This document shows, one piece after another, positions 13,151 to 25,266 of a stretch of 64,000 nt of DNA. The notes beneath the pieces were generated by a model. It saw only the letters and a program-made list of their open reading frames with translations, was not told the DNA's origin and ran no database searches. Within the stretch, counting starts at the first letter, position 1. Each line of letters begins with the position of its first letter. The position numbers were made by a program, and so were the translations under genes. Source of the DNA: Haliotis rubra (taxonomy: Eukaryota); assembly GCF_003918875.1 (NCBI RefSeq), contig NW_025764892.1:4092001-4156000 (forward strand). Direction: 5' to 3'.

Positions 13151-13448
13151 AGGGGTCATCTCAAAGGTATTTTATAGTAAAATTTCCAAGTTGAGATATG
13201 TAAAAGAGTATGATACCCACAGAAAATCTTAAATCAGCCATCATATTAAATGTCTCAAAATATATATGTTGCATCACCACCCGAAGATTGACAGGACTGG
13301 ATATTATTTGTAAATTATGACATACCATTTACTTACCCAGTTTCATTCCCCTAAAGGATTATCATTCTTATCTTAGCTGATATATCTATCCCCCAGCCCG
13401 ACCTCAAACGCCGTTTATGACCCCCGTTTTGCTTTTGAGATGACCCCT
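13151..13448. mobile_element. MITE
   Basis: TIR AGGGGTCATCTCAAA / TTTGAGATGACCCCT. Confidence 0.7.
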
Positions 13449-14335
13449 CCTACCGATTATTTATTTTTTAATTATTTTTTTATGTCAGCCATCGTTTATA
13501 ATGAAGGTAAGTCTAATTTCAAAATGGGTATTTAAGTGTCCAGTGTCCATTAAAGTGTCCTTTAATTTGTAATACAACATCATCGCACTATAATTTGCAT
13601 AAAGCCATGGTCTGTTCCAAATAAGTCGCTTTGGACTTGGAAAAAATCCACAATGCTCATTTCTGCACTAATCTCTCCTCAGTAAAGTCTTTCTTTTACG
13701 TTTCCTATCTCTCTACCACTGAGACTGTAGTTAGGCCGAACTAAGTTTAACAGATATTGCACACTTTCACATATTAGCTGCATAATTGTAGATATATATG
13801 TGAAAAAAGTTTTTTTCTATTTCCAACAGTACTTTAGTTCAGGCTATTTGAGCAGAAACACATTTACATGTATTTGCATTCACATTGCTGAATAAATGCA
13901 ATTATCATGAACGCAACATGAAACCCAATTTCACCTCACCCCATGTGGAGACTCTTTCTGACCCACAATAATTCTTTGAAATTGAACTTTCCTTGTATAA
14001 ATATAGTGATAAGACCAACAGTTTAACTCCCTGTTACTTTTCACTGATGCTAGCATAGACTGACATGTAGCACACCGCATTGGGTCGAGCATTTATATAT
14101 ATCAGTAATATATCCGGTATATGGTGGGTGGTCTGTAAATACTAGTAATCGAGTCTGGACCAGATAATCCAGTGATACTAGCATAGATTGACATGTAGCA
14201 CACCCCATCGGGTCGAGCATTTATAGATATCAGTAATATTTCAGGTATATGGCGGTGGTCTGTAAATAATCAAGTCTAGACCAGACAATCCAGTGATCAA
14301 CAGCATGAGCATCGATCTATGCAATTGGGATACTA

Positions 14336-15764
14336 TACTAGCCACATAAAGAAACTGTGCATTGTCAAAATATTATCCCAGTTGATAAGTACGATAACAA
14401 TGTCAAAGGTACATATAAACTTTAATGGAGGAATCATGAGACCATAACAAGTCGGGAGAATTTCAATTGAAAAGTCAATCACAATGACGTCACGAGCCCA
14501 CAAGCGGGACAGGGGTCAAACGACCATGTCACAAGCTCAATAACGGTATGTCCACCATCGGCATTGAGAACAGCAGTGCATCGACGACGCATAGAGCCTA
14601 TCAAATGTGCAAGGAAGGCTTGTGGGATGTCACGCCAGATTCTCTCAAGTTCTGTTGCGAGGTCAAGGACGTTATCTGGCGGATGAGGAAGACGGCAAAG
14701 ACGTCGATCCATCTCATCCCAAACATGCGCTATCGGGGAGAGGTCCGGTGAATTTGCAGGCCAAGGCAGTAAATCAACGTTGTGGTGTTGCAAGAAATCC
14801 ATAGCAACCCTTGCCGTATGAGGGCGGGCATTGTCCTGGTGGAATGTTAACCTTTTGCAGAAAAGGAATTGCCACAGGTCGAAGAATCTGATCCCTGCAG
14901 CCCACAAACCAGTTAAGTTGCCCTGAACAATCACCAAAGGAGTTCTTTGGCGTGCTCTTATTCCACCCCAAATCATCACGGAACCACCACCAAAGCGATT
15001 CCTCTCCAAGACACAGGCCTGTGCATAACGTTCTCCAACACATCTATAGGCACGTTGACGTCCATCACTATGGGAAATGTTAAACCTCGACTCATCTGTA
15101 AAAACAACATTTCTCCACCAAAACAAGGGTCTGTGGACATGATTTCGGCACCACATTCGGCGAAGTTGTCGAACTGTGTTGGGGTGGATACGGCGAAGTC
15201 CTGGGATGGTTCGGGCAGTCCTCACTGCAGTCTGAAACCTGTGGCGAAGATGGGTCACCCTTATCGATCTGTCCTGTCTTGGCGTTGTTACACGTGGACG
15301 TCCAGAACGTGGCTGATCGATGAAGTCATTTGTGTTCTGGTAGCGTCTCACCAGTGCAGAAATGGTGTTCCCGGTGGCAGTGGAAATGTGCAGCCACTTG
15401 TCGTTGAGACATTCCCCAACGGACCATCCCAATGGCCTCATGATGTTGTGCAGACGTGAGCCTTGGCATGCTATGCGTTTCAATAGCCGTTCAATTTTTT
15501 GAACGATCACAAGGGCAGGGGTTGAGCTTTCCAAAGTGACAGTATTGTGTGGCATTCATTTGCTCTGTTTCTCTTTCCCGGAATGCATGTGCAACAATGT
15601 ATTGCACGTCTCAAGGACGAACTCACTGCCATCACGGAACGTGGCACATGCATGCATGTTGGATACATGTCACTAATCTCTCAGTTTAAATCCTTATGTG
15701 TCTACACAGGTTTGATAAATTTAGATTTTAAATTTTTGTATGCAGTTTCTTTATGTGCCTAGTA
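14336..15764 (-). mobile_element. Tc1-family transposon (DD34E type), defective, inserted into a family B SINE
   Basis: TIRs TACTAG(C/G)CACATAAAGAAACTG with TA TSD. Transposase begins MPRLT..AIGM at 15469 and contains RSGRPRVTT, VFTDESRF, FHQDNARPH and WPANSPDLSPIAHVW (catalytic E replaced by A). One frameshift plus internal deletions. Confidence 0.92.
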
Positions 15765-16124
15765 TATGATAGTGTCAACCAAGTCAGCAAGTCTGACCAC
15801 CCAATCTTGTTCGTTTTGTGATGTTTAGCAAATAATTTTTTTCTTCAATTTTTCAATTAATCTGATCATGTACACATAGCCAGTTTAAATTACAATCAAA
15901 GAACTATTTCAAATGACCCCGTTTTGATTCCATGTTAGAATTGGTCCCATACAACTTTGGTGATTGGGTTGGTAGTGTTTCCAGACAAGTTCTCAAATAT
16001 TTACTGGCTGCCATCATTTAGCTTGAATACTGCTGAGTGTCAAACATCAAACCAGACTTGAGAATAACAAACTTAATGACTATGAATACACATTTATTTA
16101 CAAAATATGACAGGTATACAGAAG

Positions 16125-19100
16125 CTATCTCTTTCGGTTCTTCATTTTCATCCTCTTGGACTTCCCTGGTCTCCCACTTTTCTTTGGCTTCTGAAAAAGA
16201 GGTAAAAACGATCTGTATAGTTCATTATGTTCTTCATACTCAGCCATTATAAATGTATACGCTACAATTACAACCATGTCCTTCATCAGACTGGTTAACT
16301 GTCATTAAACTAGGTGCCTTCTTTTAGAAGTTCTACCACAAACCGAAGTATATGTAACACATTTCCAAGCTGTTATACCTCAGTTTTGAAATACAATCCA
16401 GCCAGACAACGGCCTCCTTCCACAAGGAGATTTTTGTGCTCTGACTGACTATCTCTACTCCCATATTCTGGGCAGTGCTAACATGGCCTGTAGAACGAAA
16501 CCCAGTCTCACAGCCATACTGAGAAGACGAAACGTAATCAGAAAAGCATTATCCTGTTTGTGACCTACCTTTCCGTACTTTCCACTTTGTTTTGCTCCAG
16601 CAAACTCAGATACATCAGCTGCACTGTCCTTAGTGTTGTACTTCGACCTCTTCTTCTGACCTCCAAATCCAAACTTATTGTTCTTGAACTGGCGTTTTTT
16701 GTTTGGTCTGAGAAAGAAAAGGAAGTTAGACCCTATTTGAGAAAACATTATGCAAGTTTGTTATACAGTTTTAGGGCGATGTGGGCAAATAAGAGTCCTA
16801 TTTGGGCCCAAGAAAAACATTAGGCAAAATTTCTTTCAAAGTTACCTCCCCTGGCGTGTCAGGTCGTTGATTTCCAAGGATACTGATCATAACTGAATGG
16901 AGATTGACCATTCTTAGTGCACTGCACATATACCACACTATATCAGTGCCTCAGAAATCTGAAATATTCATAATACATATACCATGATATTGCATGCCTT
17001 TTTAACCACCAAACTTTACTCTCTTATATATAGTTGGAGTTGTTATAAAAGATGCATACTGATTCCTCTTCTTGTCCAAGTTCTGTAATGTTGGCTGCTT
17101 CCTCTTCCCTTCAGCCTTCTCCACATCATCCAGGAAGTCTAGTTTGTTCAACTGACCTGCATAGTACAAATGGTCATACAGTGCTAGTCTCCAGACAGTA
17201 ATTACAGTACTGTAATGAAACTCATAGTAACAAATTTGGGTTATTTTCAAGCAGGTTTCATCAAACCATGATATACGCAGTAATACTGGATGCTAAGACA
17301 CTGTGAGTGAGTGAGTTTCAGCGAACTTACCTTTCCTGTATTTTTTAACAGATTGTAGCATCTCTCGCTTCTCTTTCTGTCGCTGTAGCAGAACCTCTGT
17401 TTGCACCTAGAGAGAGGATGTGAGTCAGTGAATTGGGCATTATGTGATACAAAATCTAAGTACATTAGGTGTCTGTTTGGTATAATTAACCTTAGAGCCA
17501 GGGAGAGCAGCAGAGACAATGAGTATATAAGGCATATCCTGTTCATTTTATAAACTTAATCAACAAGTAAGGTTTTTCGAGGGATCAATTGTTTACATTG
17601 ACATATTAAAAAAATAGGTTGTAAAGTATTAAGTCTCAATATTTAGAAAAATAGTGAAATAGTGACACTGCAGCTCTTCTGGTTACATTTACAGTTCAGT
17701 TAACAGTTTAAAATATATAAAAAACACTGACACTTATGTACAAAATGTGAGCATTGATGAAGATGAAATATGTCCTGCTAAATACTCTAAAATTAAATGA
17801 ATAATTTCATAATAATTAGAAAATAGAATTTTGACAATAGCAGAGGTCAACTGAAACAAAGATGGATTTTGAGAACAAACATGGATGTCAGCTAAATCGA
17901 CTTTTAGTCTGCTGAGCTAAAAACGGAAGTAATCATATCCTCCGTGCTTCTTCTGCTTACCTTTTTACCATACTTCCTGAGATCCCTCATTTTCTTTGCT
18001 TTCTCAGATCGTTCCATACCAATCTGCTTCTCAAGCAGTTTTTCTCGGACCTGGTGAAACACAAAAACACTACATCATGGGTTTCCAAATACATGATTTA
18101 TTGTAGGCCCGTCCATTTGCCAAGAAAATAGATTGTTCACCATGTTGTTGAGGCGGTTTTGTAGCTGGATTGTTTACTTGTCCATTAGACTGAGTAGCAT
18201 AGCTATTATTAGCTAAACTATCTGGCGAATGAAAATCAAGGGCAGGTAATCTGAGGTTGCAAGAACCAGGCAAATGTATCAAGGGGTCATTGTAGGTTTA
18301 CAAACTGGAGATGCAGAGGTTATAGGCGCACCCTTGAGATACAATACATACCTTCTTCATGTGGTCATCTGACTTGGCCATCTGAGCGAAATAGTCCTCC
18401 GGTCTCTTGGTGGGCACTCCCAAATCATGAAGCTTGGCCATACCTTTCACAACCGATGCCTGAGCCTGGCAGTAACTGCAATGGATAAATGAAGATGCAG
18501 AGATCTACCTTGCCCTTGCTTGTTTCAGGTCTTTCTAGTTTCAAGTCCAGAGGACACACAACAAGAAGAGTCTCAAACTGGCGACATGTGGCACACTTCA
18601 CTGGATTTCCAAGAACCTTACTGATGTCATATCATTAGGCATGCTTCGAGTTTGAGTTTGATTTTCCGCCGCTTTTAGCAATATTCCAGCAATATCACAG
18701 CGGGGGACACCAGAAATGGGTTTCACCCATTGTACCCATGTGGGGAATCGAACCCGGGTCTTCAGCGAACGCTTTAACCACTAGGCTACCCCACCACCCC
18801 CAGGCATGCTTCAAAGCTTTCAGCATAATGCAGGTGACAATTTCAATGATGCAGGTGACAATTTCAGTCAGCAGCTAACACTCTGTATTTTGTGTTTATT
18901 TTTTACCTCACTAGATACATCTGTTATATATATTATGCAGTCTACTATTTTGATATCTTGTAATGATTCAGTCAAACCTTTTTCACTCTCTCCAGAAACA
19001 TCTGTGGAAGGTTTACTGTTAACATTCAAATAAGTAACTACTGACTCTAGACTGTATAAGTCTCATGCATGCATACATACAATCCAGCCAGCCTCATGCT

Positions 19101-22100
19101 AATGACCTTTCAGCAGGTCAGTTTTTTCAAGATATTTTGTTCTGAAATATATGTTTTATCATCAAATATTTTTGACAATGTTTGAAATCCACACCAGAGT
19201 GTGGGATGCTAAATGCACATGTTACCACCAAATATACTCATGGTTGTTTACAGTCTAATTTAAAGTCATTAGAACTAATAGAAGAGTTGTTTTGAAGCAT
19301 TGTTTGTCACAAGACAGATGCAGTAAAGAAACATGATTCTGTTAAACTAAGACGGAAACCAAACAAATCAGAAATTAAATGACAATAATTGAAAATTACA
19401 ATTTCATTTCCCTCCTAAAGTCGTCATTTACATCATCTTCGCCGACAAAGTCTGTTCCTGGTGGAGGGGGAGCTGGTTCATTTGTCAAGTCTAGTCTTTC
19501 TATCCAGTCCAGATTTTGTTGGAAAGCATGTAGCTTTGTCTCCATGCCCTCCTATAATTCAACAGAAAGATGTTTATTGTTTTCATGTAAGATTTGAAGC
19601 TCAATCTGCAAGAGAAACAATGTGGTTAAGAGAAATGGAGGTTTTCATGTCACTTCTGAAATGAAACCAAAATAGCAATTTGTTCATTGATATTTCCTAT
19701 AAAAGGTGAGGTGAGGTGAAATTGGGTTTTACATCGTGCTTGAGAATATATCGCTCATATGACGACGTGCATGCGTGTGTATGTGTATGTGCGGCTGCTT
19801 GTACTAGCCCAGACTGAAGCTGGTTTTATAGTGCTAGCCCACTGAGATACCATGCCGCAGTGAATCATGAATATCCCACTCAGACACATTATACTGACTC
19901 CGAGCCGACCAGTCCTTGTTGTACCCATTAATGCCGAGCGCCAGGCAGGGACCAACAAGTACCATATTTTAACGTCTTCTGGTATGACGCGGTCGGGGAT
20001 CGAACCCGCGACCTTCGGCTCTCAGGGCCGACGCTCTAACCACTACACCACGGAGGCAGTCTTCCTATAAAAGAATGGAGTTTAGTAAAAACACTGCCTG
20101 CAATATCCAATTAATTGGACACTACAACAGAAAAGGCCAGATTGCCCATAATAGAAGGAAGAAACTCACTAAGCACATCAGATAAATGGTTGTAACACTG
20201 ATTTTAATGTCAGTATTCGCACATCACACAGTCAGATTTGGGGGAAAACTCAAAGTAACACAATACAAATGCAAAATCTTAAATCAGAAATTCAAACAAA
20301 CTTCTCTTTTTTGAGACAACTTACTGGTATAAGCTTGAAATCAAGAATCTTAGAAAGAATATATTACTCACTGTGTCCTTGATGAATGTTTTTGGCTGTT
20401 CTGCAACCACATTTAAGCCTGGTTTTAGTTTACCGCTGGCAAAAGCTGCCTGGAGCTGAAAAGGTGAGGAGATATATGTAACAGACTGGACAAAGGGTTA
20501 AATGATCTAAGGGAGATAACTCTCCAATGTAACATATTAAAAGATCACCTTAATATATAGAGGATATTATATGAGTGACCATGTCATACTATGTTTACAA
20601 CATGATTGCATAAATGTTGGTATTTCCCGAGTTAAAGCGAGGCATATACCGATATTCAGGCATGAGTGTCATAAACATAGTATGAAATGGGCACGAATAT
20701 AATGTTCTGTACATTACCGAAGTCGTCATAATTGAGGAAATTAAATCCAAATCTGCTTTCAAACCTAGGCTGGCTACCTGCTGTTGCTGCATGCAGAATG
20801 CAACATCACAGAAGAAACGTGACGTCATAGCATTGTTCATGACGTCACATCACCATGACAAAGTGATATTTTGCCCTAGGGCATCTTGTTAAAAAATATG
20901 AACCCTGATATTTTCGCCCTCGTTTGTAATAATTCAGTTTATTACCCATATGGTGAAACAAAACCAGTGTCATATATATATAATATGTGCACATTTACAC
21001 AAATAATTTTTGCCTAGCAACCATTGTTTCTGTATTTCGTCATCTGTTACATCATTCAACAATTGAATGTGACATCAATGAAGAGGGCTGTCACACTTGC
21101 TTACCATGTTTTACTGCATACACATACATGAATGAAATGGATAATAAAGAAATTATTGCACTCGAGCAAGTGTGTCATATGTCTTATACATTGCCCGAGC
21201 GAGAGCGAGCAAAATTTCACACTTGTTTTGTATAAGTCGTATGACATACTTGCTCGTGTAATAATCTCTACATCAGCAACTGCAGCCTTTTTTGTTGTCA
21301 CAACTTCAGTTCATACAAAGTTCATTTCCTAAACCAAAACAATGGAGCTCCACACAGCGAGGCAGATAATAAAAGTGCTGTACAGAATAACTGGCTTCCG
21401 TATCCTTTTCATGAAGGCATATAAAGAGAAAGCTTGTGTGTATCTCTTGAGTATTAGTTACAAAAAGATACCCGTGAAGGTCGGGGTTAGACTATTGATC
21501 TTCAGTAACCCATGCTTGTCGTAAGAGGCGACTAACAGGATCGGGTGGTAAGGCTCGCTAACTTGGATGACACATGTCAACAGACCACCGCCATATAGCT
21601 GGAATATTGCTGAGTGCGGGGTAAAACTAAACCCACTCACTCACTACAAAAAGGCACTTGCCAGAGTGATTGTACTAGAGGCAAGTGTTTATCTAATCCT
21701 CAGGGAATATGACAGGGCCATAGGCATGGTACAGTCTGGTACCACACAGACATTGCCCGTTGATTTAACACCTAGAGAATCACCTATGGTGATGTTTTTG
21801 GCAAAACGATCAAGTTATATAGACGGTGGCTGCTCAAGTTGCAAAGCAGTATCTTGATCAAAACATTCATTGACACTTAGTGGCCTCAGTGAGGCGAGGA
21901 CATGACCGGCCTGCATCAAAGCACACGGTGGACACTCTCGCTACAGTCTGTGTGAACTTAATGTGAACACCTTCTTGTGTTTTGGCTTATCTGCATATGC
22001 TGACGTCCTAGCATGTTGTTATAAATTGTTTCCATACCTTGAAATATTTGTCTCTTCATGTAAAAACATTTCCTTTGCAGCAGTGAAAGTTCAACACTGA

Positions 22101-24890
22101 TTCTGATAGTTGTTTGTGTGTCACAATAATGTTTTCCTCTACTGTAACTGCCTCAGTCATATGAAGCTAGTCTCTCTTACTGGAGTTCAAACATGAAATT
22201 GCAAATGTTTTTCAATAAATCCGAACATTTAGATAAATGGGTGCTTACTTTTCATTGAGCATGTTGAGTGAGTGAATATGGTTTTACGCCTCTTTTAGCA
22301 ATATTCCAGCAATATCATGACAGGGGACACCAGAAATGGGCTTCACACTATGTACCCATGTGGGGAATCGAACCCTGGTCTTCGGCGTGACGAGCGAAAG
22401 CTTTAACCACTAGGCTACCCCACCGCCCCTTTAGCATGTTGATAAAATATCCATTAATTGTGGAAAACTATTCTCATTTGCTTATCTATCTCCATTTGCT
22501 GCCATCAAAACCCAATGGAAACCTAGCAAGAGTCAATTGATCATGCTGAAAAGCACAGCTATATTGTCATAAAGCTGTGTGGTCACAGTTGTAGAAGCAT
22601 ACCTATATAAATATGCTATACACAAAGCACACTGAAAGGCATACATTATCTGTTCTTACTTACCGCTGCCATATAGCTGGAATATTGCTGAGTGTGGCGT
22701 AAAACTAAACTCACTTACTCACTCTGTTCTTACTTCCGAAAAAGTACAGTCATCCCTCACTATAATACGGGTCTTGACGTCCATGGATGACCCCCTACAT
22801 TTTGAGACACCACGTTATATTAACTTATACATAACAAGGAATAAAGGCCAAGTAAAATCGTATATTCCATGGACATAACAGAACTGCTATTTCATGTATT
22901 GTGCCCAATCTTAACTATATTGTATCGTCCGAGGTGAAAAAAAACAAACTTTGTAAATGAAAATAGATATCTGTACAGCAAACTTGCAATCAACCTGCAT
23001 CACTAGACATGATAATTCAATTGTCATTCCTGTTATGCCACCTGTTATTCAACTAAGCTGGAAATAGCAATCAGCTGTGTACACATGTTTTGGTCCAATG
23101 TACCAGTGATTCAGTTAAAACAATCCGAAAATATTATATCAAAGAATTTCTATTCCATTATCTGACTAATATATATCATACGCAGATATTTTAACAGAGA
23201 TAATACATATTGCTATCGTATTAGTATAATCTATGTTTTCTATGAATATATTTAACATAATACTTAACATAGGCTCAGCAGTTTGGGATACGTGACTGAA
23301 TACATTTTATGTATGGAACAGTTTGACAAGTCACCGTTGACTTCCTGCGGTATGCGCCACTTTGATAGTAAAAGCAAAATGTTGGCAATTAATTGTCAGA
23401 TATGACTTCTGTGAGTAAATAACGTGGGTCTAAGGGTCCATGGATGACGAGGTGGTAATCAGTTTGTGATTGCTGGGAATAATGTGAAATTGGAGCTTCC
23501 GCGGTTGGCATGAAAAACAGACCCTCATGAACATGGTAAGCAGATGTTGTACGCATTTAGGATGAGGTGATGCCATGTCACCCACATTTTCTCTGATGTT
23601 ACTGTAAACAGTTTTAATGAATGAAAATGGGAGTAAATATCATCAAATAATATGAAATCAATTTATTATGTGTTTTCTGACATCTTATGTTTTCGGATGG
23701 CAGTGTTTACCTGCACCATATTCGTAAGTACTCAGCTGATGGCATGTCTTTATGATAAAGCTGTCATTTATAAGTGATAACTATGTTCTGCTGTTTGTCT
23801 GATTATTCAAGTAAACCAGGTATGTTTTAAGCATCTGACGAACCCCTGATATGTACGATGAACACTGTTCATTTCAATCCGCACTGAATTTCTCTAGTTT
23901 ACAACATGATTAACCTGAGCTCAACAGCTGATTTGTATTTTCGATGATATGAAAATGTGTGATTGCTGGGCAATGTTTTTATGAAATATACAATGCCATT
24001 TTAGAAAGTGGTCAAATGTAACATATGTTATATTTGGGATTACACTTTCTCAGTAAAGTACAGATTCTAGTACTTTTTGGGGGTGTTTTTGTGTCCCATC
24101 CGGGATTCGAACCCACACCCTCAGAGTCAGGCACCTAATCGCCAGCACACAAAGTCAGATGCCTTGACCGCTCAGCCACCGCGGCTTCCACAAAAATGGA
24201 AGTTGGACAACTGGTAGTCTAGACTGCGGACTTGGATTACCCCACGGTTTAACTGCGGTATCGCGAAGAGCATTATTGCAAGGGATCACTGTGCATTCAT
24301 TTTTTAAACAAAAAAATTTACTAAACCTATATAAGAGTGTGATCACTGGAGCAGAAACGTTTCTCATGAGAGAAAAGCCGACCAGGCCAGAATAAGCTTG
24401 GGAGCTATTAGCTATTGTTTGTAAACAATGCGTTAAAACAGTTGACATATTCTGCCCCTTTAAATTCATTATAAAAGGTAGCCACTGGGTAATGCCAATA
24501 ATGTTGATAATATTGGGCATTCTGCAAACTTGGTTTTCTTTATTTGTAATTTTATGGTGTGTGTTTACATGTCAGTAAATGAAAGCCATTTAACAGTACC
24601 ATAAATGCAAAGCCCACCTCACCAATAATGTTTAGATAGTCCGTCGTTCGTACATTGCCTCGTAGACGAATGCTACTGGCCTACCAGCTAGCCGTTGATC
24701 GAAACAGTGGAGTTCATGCACTGAGCCTTTGAAGATGGGGTCTTATGTACGGCTTAGAAAATGAAAACCCAAGAAAATCCATTCGGTACCCAACTGGCCA
24801 ATATCCAAGAGAGATGCAAATATAAAATACTTGATTTACCTCTTCATCAGTGTCCATGCTCTCATAATCTGAAGAGTCTGAATCTGACAT
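16125..24890 (-). CDS. EBNA1BP2: rRNA-processing protein EBP2 (~292 aa, 9 exons)
   Basis: Exons 24890-24840, 20455-20372, 19551-19400, 18475-18352, 18050-17961, 17406-17331, 17156-17060, 16707-16569 and 16190-16125, all GT-AG and in phase. Motifs LQAAFASGKLKPGLN, WIERLD, DDFRREMKFYCQA, PTKRPEDYFAQMAKSDDHM, KFGFGGQKKRSKYN, RPGKSKR. AATAAA on the minus strand at 16093-16098. Confidence 0.96.
19705..20062 (-). mobile_element. SINE family C, full-length copy in an EBNA1BP2 intron
   Basis: Intact tRNA head (GGTGTAGTGGTTAGAGC...GGTTCGATCCC) plus the same core as 11615-11915. Confidence 0.8.
21686..21970 (+). mobile_element. Decayed Tc1 transposase fragment
   Basis: LREYDRAIGMVQSGTTQ resembles the N-terminal HTH of the 14336-15764 transposase. 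Confidence 0.45.
23991..24190 (-). mobile_element. Repeat with a tRNA-Leu-like head joined to a DNA-element-like end
   Basis: GCCGCGGTGGCTGAGCGGTCAAGGC...long variable arm...GGGTTCGAATCCC at 24185-24091. The flanking 23991-24075 sequence recurs as a self-inverted unit at 26662-26790. Confidence 0.5.
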
Positions 24891-25266
24891 GACGGCGGTC
24901 GTATTCGTACAAACCCTCTATAGGAGAACACCGTCTAGGAAAACATAAAACACGTGCAAGAGAAAAACACAGGAAGCGGAAATACAACTCTCAGATAATG
25001 TCCTAACTAAATACTCAATTGTCGCGCCTCTGTCAATATGTATCTATTTGTGTGTTTTACTTGTCGTTATTTTATCCATTACAACTAAATATATAGTTAG
25101 GTTTCTATTTTTGTGAAGGGACAGTTTGCCACGGTTACAGTTACTTATAGGACATCACTTTGAAGTCTCGCTGATTGCGAGAGTTCGACTGAAGTCTCGC
25201 CCTTCGCCAGAGAGTTTTGAGGACACAGCTAGGGGTTAGATATTGAGAACATTATTTCCATGAAAA
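24891..25266. promoter_or_regulatory. Bidirectional promoter EBNA1BP2/NDUFB7
   Basis: Divergent ATGs are 376 bp apart. E-box CACGTG at 24951, tandem ETS AGGAAGCGGAA at ~24971, and a spaced TCTCGC-N5-GCGAGA palindrome at ~25166-25182. Confidence 0.6.

Noticed and set aside
14548-15459. Plus-strand ORFs, including one of 170 aa
   Set aside because: Antisense shadows of the Tc1 transposase.
24091-24185. Functional tRNA-Leu gene
   Set aside because: The acceptor stem does not pair and the anticodon region is non-canonical, so it is treated as repeat-derived.
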